Positions 54,763 through 63,449 of a stretch of 64,000 nucleotides of DNA are shown here, piece after piece. This stretch comes from Sphingomonadales bacterium (lineage in GTDB: Bacteria > Pseudomonadota > Alphaproteobacteria > Sphingomonadales > Sphingomonadaceae): contig JADJXT010000001.1 of NCBI GenBank assembly GCA_016720115.1, positions 330,806 through 394,805 of the forward strand, given 5' to 3'. Position numbers and translations under genes: made by a program. How positions within the stretch are numbered: the first letter of the stretch is position 1; every line of letters begins with the position of its first letter. Under the pieces are notes generated by a model that did no database searches, was not told the origin of the DNA, and worked only from the letters and a program-made list of their open reading frames with translations.

Positions 54763-55759
54763 AAGCATTCTCGTAACCGGTGGTACCGGTTCGTTCGGTC
54801 GCCGTTTCATCAAGACGCTCCTCGAGCGCTATAACGCGCGTCGTGTCATCGTGTTTTCGCGCGACGAGTTCAAACAATCGGTAATGCAGGAGAAGTATGA
54901 CGACCCTGCACTGCGCTACTTCTTGGGCGATATTCGTGATCGGGATCGTTTGATGCAGGCGATGGAAGGCGTGGATATTGTGGTTCATGCGGCAGCCCTC
55001 AAGCAGGTGCCCGCGCTCGAGTATAATCCCGCCGAAGCGATCAAAACCAACATTCACGGAACGGAAAATGTGGTCGCCGCGGCCTTGGCACACAACGTCG
55101 AGAAAGTGATCGCGCTTTCAACCGACAAGGCCGCGGCGCCGGTGAATCTATATGGCGCCACCAAGCTTACAGCGGAGAAAATTGCCATTTCTGCGAACAA
55201 TTTCGCTGGCAAGCGCGACACGCGGCTTTCGGTGGTGCGTTACGGCAACGTCATCGGATCGCGCGGTTCAGTCATTCCGCTTTTCCAGAAACTCCTGGCA
55301 GAAGGAGCCAAGGAATTCCCGATTACCGATCCCAACATGACCCGGTTCTTGCTGACCCTTCAGCAAAGTGTCGATTTCGTTATTGATTGCGGCGCGCGCA
55401 TGTGGGGTGGAGAGACCTTCATTCCACGTATCCCGTCTGCAACCATCGGGACCATGGCGGAGGCCATCGCACCTGACATGCCGCAGAAAGTGGTTGGCAT
55501 TCGTCCGGGCGAAAAACTGCACGAAGTGCTTTGCCTGCCGGATACTGCTTGGCAAACCATAGAGTTCGAACGGCATTTCGTGGTCAAACCGTCGTTCAAG
55601 TTCAACCGCATTGATGTTGACTATCTGACAGCGGCGAATGGAGAGAAGGGCAAGCCTGTCGCAGGTGACTTCGACTATAACTCGCTAAATAATGAGGACT
55701 ATATTTCGGCCGAAGCGTTGCGTGCGATGATCGAGCAAGCAATGCCTTTTGACGCCTGA
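54749..55759 (+). CDS. pseB: UDP-GlcNAc 4,6-dehydratase (inverting)
   Basis: TTG 54749 follows GGGGGAG (MFHDKSILVTGGTGSFG). VFSRDEFKQ, GDIRD, and catalytic STDKAAAPVNLYGATKLTAEK. Confidence 0.9.
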   Translation: MFHDKSILVTGGTGSFGRRFIKTLLERYNARRVIVFSRDEFKQSVMQEKYDDPALRYFLGDIRDRDRLMQAMEGVDIVVHAAALKQVPALEYNPAEAIKTNIHGTENVVAAALAHNVEKVIALSTDKAAAPVNLYGATKLTAEKIAISANNFAGKRDTRLSVVRYGNVIGSRGSVIPLFQKLLAEGAKEFPITDPNMTRFLLTLQQSVDFVIDCGARMWGGETFIPRIPSATIGTMAEAIAPDMPQKVVGIRPGEKLHEVLCLPDTAWQTIEFERHFVVKPSFKFNRIDVDYLTAANGEKGKPVAGDFDYNSLNNEDYISAEALRAMIEQAMPFDA

Positions 55760-55774
55760 TCGACAGGACAATAC

Positions 55775-56956
55775 GTGCGCAGCCGCATACCCTATAGCCG
55801 CCAGACAATCGACGATGCCGACATAGCCGCCGTTGCCGATTGCCTGCGTTCCGATTTCCTGACGCAAGGTCCGCAAACGCGGGCCTTTGAGGAGGCTGCG
55901 GCTGCCTATGTCGGCTGTGCGCACGCGATCGCCGTTTCGAATGGGACGGCCGCACTCCATCTTGTTTGCCAAGGCCTCGGGCTTGGGCCGGGCGGTCTTT
56001 TATGGACGTCCCCCAACAGCTTTGTCGCTTCGGCCAATGCCGGGCGCTATATGGGCGCGGACGTCGATTTCGTCGACATCGACCCGCAAACCGGCTCAAT
56101 CGACCCGGTCGCGCTCGAAGCAAAGCTGTCAAAAGCCCGCGCTGCAAACCGCAAGCCCGATATATTGATTGCCGTTCATTTTGCTGGGCACAGCTTTGGA
56201 TTTGATCGCGTTGCAGCATTATGTGCCGAATATGGGGTCGCGCTGGTTGAGGATGCGGCTCATGCATTTGGCGCAGCCTATGAAGACGATCCAATGCGCA
56301 AGGTTGGCAGCCATCCGCAAAGTGTGGCTACAACCTTCAGCTTTCACCCCCTGAAGTCGATTACCACCGGCGAGGGGGGAATGATTGTTACCTGGTCGGA
56401 CTCGCTCGCTCGTGATCTGGCCATGCTGCGCAGTCATGGGATTACCAAGGACTCCGCCATGATGACTCATATGCGTGAGGAAGACGGTGACTGGTATTAT
56501 GAACAGCACCTGCTAGGTTTCAATTACCGGATCTGCGATATTCAGGCTGCCCTTGGCGTTAGCCAGATGAAAAGAATCGATGCCTTCATGGCGGCGCGTC
56601 GTTTACGGGCACGGCGCTACGCAGAGCAGCTTTCCGGCCTGCCTTTGCACCTGCCGCTCGCAACCGACAGGTCATCCTGGCACCTGTATGTAGTGCGACT
56701 TGATCCGGGGCAAGCAAGTATTACGCGTCGGGCGCTGTTCGACAGGCTGCGCGGTGAACGCATCGAAGCCCATGTCCATTACATTCCGATCCATACCCAG
56801 CCCTATTACCGCAAACTGGGCTTCGCACCTGGCGACTTCCCGCAGTCCGAACATTATTATGAAAATTGCCTCAGCTTGCCGATCTATCCTCTGATGACAG
56901 ACGACGATCAGGATAGGGTGGTTGCCTGCCTGCGAGATGCACTTTTGTATGCGTAA
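55775..56956 (+). CDS. pseC: UDP-4-amino-4,6-dideoxy-N-acetyl-beta-L-altrosamine transaminase
   Basis: IPYSRQTIDDADIAAVADCLRSDFLTQGP and PLP-lysine block FSFHPLKSITTGEGGM. GTG start. Confidence 0.9.
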   Translation: MRSRIPYSRQTIDDADIAAVADCLRSDFLTQGPQTRAFEEAAAAYVGCAHAIAVSNGTAALHLVCQGLGLGPGGLLWTSPNSFVASANAGRYMGADVDFVDIDPQTGSIDPVALEAKLSKARAANRKPDILIAVHFAGHSFGFDRVAALCAEYGVALVEDAAHAFGAAYEDDPMRKVGSHPQSVATTFSFHPLKSITTGEGGMIVTWSDSLARDLAMLRSHGITKDSAMMTHMREEDGDWYYEQHLLGFNYRICDIQAALGVSQMKRIDAFMAARRLRARRYAEQLSGLPLHLPLATDRSSWHLYVVRLDPGQASITRRALFDRLRGERIEAHVHYIPIHTQPYYRKLGFAPGDFPQSEHYYENCLSLPIYPLMTDDDQDRVVACLRDALLYA

Positions 56957-57647
56957 TATAGCGATTGTGCAGGCCCGGATGGGTTCGTCGCGACTGCCGG
57001 GGAAGGTTCTGAAGCCACTAGCCGGACGGCCGGTTCTCGACCATGTTGTATCTAGGGTCGCCTCGACGGAACGCATTGACGGCGTTGTTGTCGCAACGTC
57101 TGTTTTGCCCGGCGATGACGCTATCGCCAATTATTGCGGAGAGAAAGGTTGGTCTTACGTCAGGGGGCCTGAGCGTGACGTATTGACGCGCTATGCCAGT
57201 GCGGTCCGGGCCTCCAGCGCGGACATCGTCGTACGTGTAACGAGCGACTGCCCGCTATTCTCACCACGAATCCTGGACGATATGCTCGCCGCATTCGATC
57301 CTTCCTGCATGGATTATATGTCGACCAACTGGCCTGAGCGTAGCTTTCCAATAGGCTTGGACTGTGAAATCATGCGTGGTGACAGCTTGCTCGAGATATC
57401 CGAAATCGCGACCGACCCCTATGATCGAGAACATGTAACTCCCTATTTCTATCGCAACCCTGATCGTTTCCGGCTTGTGGGGCATGCCTGCGCCCGCCCC
57501 CTGGATCATCTGAGCATAACACTTGATACTGCGGAGGATTATCAACGTCTGCTGGAACTGCTCGATGCCCATCCCGAACTTGTCGATCCGATGGTTGACG
57601 TTATAGAGATCGTTGCACGCCATTTTGACGCGGAGAGTTCCGCTTAA
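56949..57647 (+). CDS. pseF: Pseudaminic acid cytidylyltransferase (SpsF/PseF family)
   Basis: MRNIAIVQARMGSSRLPGKVLKPLAGRPVLDHVV, and EHVTPYFY near the C-terminus. ATG 56949 overlaps the pseC end by 8 nt. Confidence 0.85.
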   Translation: MRNIAIVQARMGSSRLPGKVLKPLAGRPVLDHVVSRVASTERIDGVVVATSVLPGDDAIANYCGEKGWSYVRGPERDVLTRYASAVRASSADIVVRVTSDCPLFSPRILDDMLAAFDPSCMDYMSTNWPERSFPIGLDCEIMRGDSLLEISEIATDPYDREHVTPYFYRNPDRFRLVGHACARPLDHLSITLDTAEDYQRLLELLDAHPELVDPMVDVIEIVARHFDAESSA

Positions 57648-57667
57648 TATTGGGCAGGACGAAGCGG

Positions 57668-59176
57668 TCAGTCAATGCGTTTCGCAGCATCAAGCCAATC
57701 GGGCCGCTCGGTCGACTGCCGAATATCGAACCCGGCATCTCGATGCAGCCTTTCGGATGCCGTATTTGCACTGTGGATTTTGCTAACGATGCGGTTAACC
57801 GACGGATGTGATAGGTGCAGCGCCCGTTCAGCAGCGCAGTACAGGGGCAAGCCCATCCGCCTTCCGTGCCAAGCGGGCACGAGATAAATGGATAGATAGG
57901 CACAGGCACCGCCATCACTAAGATCAAATCGAACTACGCCGACTGGTTCACCACCTCGTGTGAAGACACGAAAAACGCAATCTGGGTCGACTAGCTGCTC
58001 GCCAAGCCAAGTGACGTGAGCGCCAAATTGAGGTTTTTCCGAGCCATCCCAATTGTGCTGCCAGTTCCGCTCATCGGTTCGCCAATCCAGCAAATCACGA
58101 GCATCCCCAGCCTCCACGTTCCTGAAATCCAATGCCAGCGCCTTTATCCATGAGGCTAAGCGGATTGCTCCCCGTCCGTCGACAATTTGGGGGCCAAGGT
58201 CTGACAGCTTCTTTCGGAGCGCTTCATCGGACACAAGCCACAAAATGCCTCGCGCGATTGATGCGGCATCTACTTCTGAATAATGACCCAGATAGCATAC
58301 AGCCTCAGCGGCCACCATGGTTTTAATTTGTGGCAGTTGGTTTTCCGCAGTCGATATAACAAGCGATGGAAGTCCGAGACATAGGCGCTCCCACAACATC
58401 ACCCCGCCCGCCCCAAGAGCTATATCGGCTGTAGCCATCAGTTCGGCGACGTCTTTCTGGGAGGGCTGTCTGTGCAGGTTTATGTGCGGCAACTGTGAGA
58501 TGGGGTCGAACAACGCCGGGTCAATTCGCGCCCCAGGGCCGAGCACAACATCAACGTCCATCTGATCCAGAGTTGCAACAGCTTCCAGCGCCTTGGCCGT
58601 CTCTCCAGTAGGATCGCTGCCGCCGAAGCAGATGTTGAGCCGGAGTCGCGTATGGCTGCTCGGCCGGGTACCGTTTGCCAACTGCACGATATGGTGAGAC
58701 AGAGGCAGGTAGGCAGACCCGGCGAGCAGGATGCCTTGGCGTTTCCGCCTCACACTGCCGTGCGGTCGAACGATAATGTCCGCAGCGTCCGCCGCATCGA
58801 GATCGTCAAGCACCACAAGCGGTTTCTCTGCGGTGGCAGTCTCGACTTCCCATTGCGATACCCAACCATATTGGTCGAGGAGCAGAACCTCTGGGTGCCA
58901 ACCGTGTCGATCCATAGCCTGCATCGTTGCCACCGGGTCGACCTCCGCCGGAGATAATACCAAAACCTGTGTCTCAACCGGGAAATATGCCTCTGAATAA
59001 GAAGCGCCCTCTGCATTTGTGACCAGCAATATCTCGGTATCGCCACTCGTTGCCAAGGCATTGGCCACGGCTGATGTCCGGGCAAAATGCCCCATGCCGA
59101 CAGTTGCGCCTGCATCGGCGCGGATGGCGACCTTAATCGGCGCGGACATAATATGTAAATCGAATATGGCGTCCAT
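57668..59176 (-). CDS. pseG/pseH: Fused PseG (UDP-2,4-diacetamido-2,4,6-trideoxy-altropyranose hydrolase) and PseH (GNAT N-acetyltransferase)
   Basis: The N-terminal ~340 aa is GT-B/GT28-like (KVAIRADAGATVGMGHFARTSAVANAL ... GGSDPTG ... ADIALGAGGVMLWERLCLGLPSLV). The C-terminal ~150 aa is GNAT (FRNVEAGDARDLLDWRTDE ... VPAWHGRRMGLPL ... SANTASERLHRDAGF). The start may be ATG 59149. Confidence 0.8.
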   Translation of the reverse strand: MDAIFDLHIMSAPIKVAIRADAGATVGMGHFARTSAVANALATSGDTEILLVTNAEGASYSEAYFPVETQVLVLSPAEVDPVATMQAMDRHGWHPEVLLLDQYGWVSQWEVETATAEKPLVVLDDLDAADAADIIVRPHGSVRRKRQGILLAGSAYLPLSHHIVQLANGTRPSSHTRLRLNICFGGSDPTGETAKALEAVATLDQMDVDVVLGPGARIDPALFDPISQLPHINLHRQPSQKDVAELMATADIALGAGGVMLWERLCLGLPSLVISTAENQLPQIKTMVAAEAVCYLGHYSEVDAASIARGILWLVSDEALRKKLSDLGPQIVDGRGAIRLASWIKALALDFRNVEAGDARDLLDWRTDERNWQHNWDGSEKPQFGAHVTWLGEQLVDPDCVFRVFTRGGEPVGVVRFDLSDGGACAYLSIYLVPAWHGRRMGLPLYCAAERALHLSHPSVNRIVSKIHSANTASERLHRDAGFDIRQSTERPDWLDAAKRID

Positions 59177-60653
59177 TGTAGGTAGTCACTGGGCGATACT
59201 GCTGAAGGATGGAATTAAACCTTGAATCTTCTGAGAGTGCCTGGTTCCAGTCGATTGCAATGTGCCGCAAAGGCCAACGGGAAGTGCGGTCGACGATCAG
59301 CACATCAGGGGGCGTATCTTCCCAAAGCTGCAGCATTTGATTGTGCAGCATTTTTCGACCAGGCTCTTTCAGCTTGATTGGGGGCAGTAACTTTCCGACA
59401 TTCTCATGCTTATCAAACGGCTTGAGTTCAGCAGCAACATAGGCATTGTTCATCAACGGCGTCCACCGAAGTCCACCGTGCATGACGATATATTCGTTAT
59501 AGGGTGACGGATGAGCGTTCAGGAGCGCGACTTTTTTACCTGCTACCGATTGGCCGCTTTCGCTGATGGCCCTTTCCAGTTCATCCAGACGGTCGTGATA
59601 TTCCAGTGTTGCGCGGAATTGTGTTTGAATGGAAAACAGCAGATACAGCCCAAGCGCAAAATTGGCCCACAGTCGGAAACTTTTTGCATTGGCCCACCAC
59701 CACATCACATAGATCATTATAATCGGGAAGAGATGGTGGGAAAACCAGCGCTCTTGCGCCCAAGCAGCGATCACCGCACCAGTTGCGGCGGCAAAAAACA
59801 ATAACGTGTCCCGAATCGGCGCGCCAAATATCCGCGAGACAAACAACAGGGCAAACGCTGGCAACATGTTGACCGCTGCCTTGATCCAGTTTGCAGTCGG
59901 GTCAACCAGCGCAGCATCGATAGCGCTGAACATAGCGCCAAATGTTGCGCGCTGTACTGGATCGAGACCCAGCCATAAGAACAGGTAAAGGAAAACGACG
60001 GAACCAGCCACGACGTTCTCGGTTCGAAAAAGCGAGCTTGGTTTGCGTTGTAGGCCGGCATCGGCAAGTTCGACCAGCACAACTACCATACTATATAGAT
60101 ATTTGAAAAGTAATGTGAAGCCTATCCACAGACCCAATATTGCTCTCAAGGGCCGACCTATCCGTTTTGAGTTTGGGTCGGAAACGCGCAGGATCAAATA
60201 TGGCCAGAGTCCGGCCACGACGATATGCTCGCGCAGTCCAAAGACATTTTTGAAAAGTATTGGCAAAACAGCAAGAACAGCCACTGAAATGACCAAGAAC
60301 GCGGGCGATGCACCGACTGTGGTGCGGCGTATATAATATGCTAGCGCTGCGCTAAAGAGTACCGCTGCGCCAGCCATTGCAACGACAACAAGATCGAGTC
60401 GTGTCCCGGTCGCATCGCTAATTCGCGTTCCCAGCGAAAACCAGAGCTTCTCAACTGGCGGAAAATAGATGCCGTAATTGTGGAACGCGCCGCCCAAGAC
60501 GATGGAGAGACGACCCGATAGTGCACTGCCAGCTAGATCTTGATGGATCGGATAATAGGCACCGTAAAACAGAAGGGTAATCACAAATAGGGCGGCTGCA
60601 ATGCCCATATGCAGCCCCAAATCGGCGACGAAATTCAACTTTTGGGGCGGCAT
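59133..60653 (-). CDS. Polytopic membrane protein with C-terminal soluble domain; GT-C-like (ArnT/PMT-type) by architecture only
   Basis: About 11-12 TM spans followed by a hydrophilic domain of about 150 aa (..YHDRLDELERAISESGQSVAGKKVALLNAHPSPYNEY..). ATG 60653 follows GAGG, and the ORF is open to 60719. No diagnostic motif was recognised. Confidence 0.45.
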   Translation of the reverse strand: MPPQKLNFVADLGLHMGIAAALFVITLLFYGAYYPIHQDLAGSALSGRLSIVLGGAFHNYGIYFPPVEKLWFSLGTRISDATGTRLDLVVVAMAGAAVLFSAALAYYIRRTTVGASPAFLVISVAVLAVLPILFKNVFGLREHIVVAGLWPYLILRVSDPNSKRIGRPLRAILGLWIGFTLLFKYLYSMVVVLVELADAGLQRKPSSLFRTENVVAGSVVFLYLFLWLGLDPVQRATFGAMFSAIDAALVDPTANWIKAAVNMLPAFALLFVSRIFGAPIRDTLLFFAAATGAVIAAWAQERWFSHHLFPIIMIYVMWWWANAKSFRLWANFALGLYLLFSIQTQFRATLEYHDRLDELERAISESGQSVAGKKVALLNAHPSPYNEYIVMHGGLRWTPLMNNAYVAAELKPFDKHENVGKLLPPIKLKEPGRKMLHNQMLQLWEDTPPDVLIVDRTSRWPLRHIAIDWNQALSEDSRFNSILQQYRPVTTYNGRHIRFTYYVRAD

Positions 60654-60905
60654 ATTACCTCTGCATTGGGGATGCTCAAAGCCGATGGCACCATTATTAT
60701 CATGCTTCAAAATGCACAATGGCTAAGTCGCTATTGATAAATGGTTTTATAGGATAGGTATCGTTGAGCGAATTGCCCGCTCCAAGATAGCGCGGAGCTG
60801 ACTGCTCAAGCAAAAATTGAACTTCATGAACAAACTTTACTCGCGAAATCGGGTTGGACGCATTAGACGCAGGCACAGAATATGTCTCTCTAGTCAGACA
60901 GGCTT

Positions 60906-62054
60906 ATGGAATTGAACAGCAAGCAGAAATATCGAGTCCTGAGCGTCTTTGGAACGCGCCCGGAAGCCATAAAGATGGCGCCTGTGGTCAAGGCGCTGGC
61001 GTTTGCCGATGATATTGACGGACGAGTTTGCGTTACCGCGCAGCATCGCGAAATGCTGGATCAGGTGCTCGATCTGTTTGCGATCAAGCCGGAGTACGAC
61101 CTGAACCTGATGAAGCCGGGCCAGGGGCTTGAAGATATTACTGCGGGCGTGTTGAAGCTTTTGACGCCTGTGCTGGACGATTTCCAGCCTCAGCTGGTGC
61201 TGGTCCACGGTGATACCACCACCACTCTGGCAGCGTCTCTGGCGGCCTATTACCGACGGATTCCTGTCGGACATGTGGAGGCAGGTTTGCGAACCGGCAA
61301 CATTTTGTCGCCCTGGCCGGAGGAGGTGAACCGCAAGGTAGCTGGCGCGATCGCCAGCCTGCATTTCGCGCCGACCGAACAATCGAAACGCAATTTGCTC
61401 GCCGAAGCGGTCCCCGATGCCGCTATTTTGGTGACGGGCAACACGGTAATCGATGCTCTTTTGGAGGTGGTTGATCGGCTGGAGAGCGATCCCAAACGCA
61501 TGGCCGGGTTTGAACAGCGTTTCCAACTGGATCCGGGCAAACGGATGATTCTGGTAACGGGCCATCGCCGGGAAAGCTTTGGCGATGGATTTCTTCGTAT
61601 CTGCGAGGCACTCGCCAGTCTCGCAGCGCGTGATGATGTCGAAATCGTCTATCCCGTCCATCTCAATCCCAATGTCAAAGGACCGGTGGAAGAAAGATTG
61701 AGCGGCTTTCCCAATGTGCATTTGATCGAACCCCAGGACTATCTGCCCTTTGTCTATCTGATGAGCCGGGCATATGTCATTTTGACCGATTCCGGCGGGG
61801 TGCAGGAAGAGGCCCCTTCACTGGGCAAACCGGTGCTGGTCATGCGCGATACCACGGAAAGGCCCGAGGCGGTCGAGGCCGGTACCGTCCGCCTGGTTGG
61901 CACGGATACCAGACTGATTGTTTCCGAAGTCTGCCGCCTGCTGGATGACCAGGATGCCTATGACGCGATGAGCGTGGCGCACAATCCTTATGGAGATGGC
62001 AAGGCCGTTGACCGGATATTAAACCGGATCCGGCAATATGCTGCGGAACAATAG
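60906..62054 (+). CDS. wecB: UDP-N-acetylglucosamine 2-epimerase (non-hydrolysing)
   Basis: [42 protein letters not shown] and [21 protein letters not shown]. Confidence 0.9.
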   Translation: MELNSKQKYRVLSVFGTRPEAIKMAPVVKALAFADDIDGRVCVTAQHREMLDQVLDLFAIKPEYDLNLMKPGQGLEDITAGVLKLLTPVLDDFQPQLVLVHGDTTTTLAASLAAYYRRIPVGHVEAGLRTGNILSPWPEEVNRKVAGAIASLHFAPTEQSKRNLLAEAVPDAAILVTGNTVIDALLEVVDRLESDPKRMAGFEQRFQLDPGKRMILVTGHRRESFGDGFLRICEALASLAARDDVEIVYPVHLNPNVKGPVEERLSGFPNVHLIEPQDYLPFVYLMSRAYVILTDSGGVQEEAPSLGKPVLVMRDTTERPEAVEAGTVRLVGTDTRLIVSEVCRLLDDQDAYDAMSVAHNPYGDGKAVDRILNRIRQYAAEQ

Positions 62055-62071
62055 ACCAGCTTGCGAATCCG

Positions 62072-63343
62072 ATGGACCTGAACCGCTTCTCCACTATTTC
62101 GATCATTGGCCTTGGCTATATCGGCTTGCCGACCGCCGCGATGTTTGCGTCGCGCAAGATCAGGGTCATCGGCGTCGATGTGAACGAGGATACGGTTGAT
62201 ACCATCAACCGGGGCGAGATCCACATTGTCGAGCCTGACCTGGACATGGTGGTTCATGCAGCCGTTGCACAAGGCTATTTGCGTGCAACCGTTGCCCCTG
62301 AACCTGCCGAGGCATTTCTGATTGCGGTGCCGACGCCGTTCAAGGGCGACAATCATGAGCCTGATCTGCGGTTCATCGAGGCCGCCTGCCGGTCGATCGC
62401 ACCGGTACTGGAACCCGGCAATCTCGTGATTTTGGAGTCAACCTCGCCGGTCGGTGCGACGGAAGCGATGGCGGAATGGCTGGCGCAGGCACGGCCCGAC
62501 CTGACTTTCCCCCAGAAAGCGGGCGAATTGTCCGATATCCGCATTGCCCATTGCCCCGAACGGGTTTTGCCCGGCAAGGTGATGCAGGAACTGATTTCCA
62601 ATGACCGCGTGATTGGCGGCATGACGCCTCGCTGCTCCGCGCTTGCGGCGCAGCTTTACAGCGTCTTCGTTACCGGAGAGTGCGTTACCGCCTCAAGCCC
62701 GAGGGTAGCGGAAATGGCAAAGCTGACCGAAAACAGCTTTCGGGATGTGAACATCGCTTTTGCCAATGAATTGTCGATTATCTGTGACAAATTTGGCATC
62801 AGTGTCTGGGAACTGATCCAGCTCGCCAACCGCCATCCGCGCGTCAATGTGTTACAGCCGGGTGCGGGAGTCGGTGGGCATTGCATCGCCTGCGATCCCT
62901 GGTTCATCGTTTCCTCGGCGCCGGAAGAGGCGCGGCTGATCCGCACCGCGCGCGAAGTCAATGATGCCAAACCGTATTGGGTGCTCGACAAGATCCGGTC
63001 TGAAACCTGCAAGATTCTGGAATCCTCTGCCGGAAGAAGCGCGGCAGACCTCAGCATTGCTTGCTATGGCATTGCGTTCAAACCCGATATCGATGATCTG
63101 CGCGACAGCCCGGCGCTGGAGATCGTGCAAAGCCTGACGCAAAGCCATCCGGGTTCGGTACTGGTTGTGGAGCCCAATATCGAAGTGCTGCCGGAATCGT
63201 TGAATGGTGCGAGGCTGGTTTCCATGCTCGATGCGGCAGAGGCCGATCTGCATGTGCTGCTGGTCGATCATAAATATTTCCGGGCGTTGAAGCCCAATAC
63301 TTCTGCCATGATTATCGACACCCGCGGGATCTGGACCCGTTAA
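62072..63343 (+). CDS. wecC: UDP-N-acetyl-D-mannosamine dehydrogenase
   Basis: ISIIGLGYIGLPTAAMFA and catalytic block GAGVGGHCIACDPWF. It lies immediately downstream of wecB. Confidence 0.9.
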   Translation: MDLNRFSTISIIGLGYIGLPTAAMFASRKIRVIGVDVNEDTVDTINRGEIHIVEPDLDMVVHAAVAQGYLRATVAPEPAEAFLIAVPTPFKGDNHEPDLRFIEAACRSIAPVLEPGNLVILESTSPVGATEAMAEWLAQARPDLTFPQKAGELSDIRIAHCPERVLPGKVMQELISNDRVIGGMTPRCSALAAQLYSVFVTGECVTASSPRVAEMAKLTENSFRDVNIAFANELSIICDKFGISVWELIQLANRHPRVNVLQPGAGVGGHCIACDPWFIVSSAPEEARLIRTAREVNDAKPYWVLDKIRSETCKILESSAGRSAADLSIACYGIAFKPDIDDLRDSPALEIVQSLTQSHPGSVLVVEPNIEVLPESLNGARLVSMLDAAEADLHVLLVDHKYFRALKPNTSAMIIDTRGIWTR

Positions 63344-63350
63344 CGGCTGT

Positions 63351-63371
63351 GCTGCCGGGTTATCCGGCAGC
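63351..63371 (+). terminator. Hairpin downstream of wecC (possible terminator)
   Basis: GCTGCCGG-GTTAT-CCGGCAGC is a perfect 8-bp stem followed by CCTTTCC. The T tract is weak. Confidence 0.4.
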
Positions 63372-63432
63372 CCTTTCCGCAAGGTTGGGCGCCATTGTCG
63401 CGATGACCTCTGCTTGACCTCTATTCAAAACA

Positions 63433-63447
63433 GAACATAATATGAAC
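63433..63447. promoter_or_regulatory. Alphaproteobacterial LexA (SOS) box GAAC-N7-GAAC
   Basis: GAACATAATATGAAC read directly. It lies immediately upstream of the imuA-like reading frame. Confidence 0.75.
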
Positions 63448-63449
63448 AA

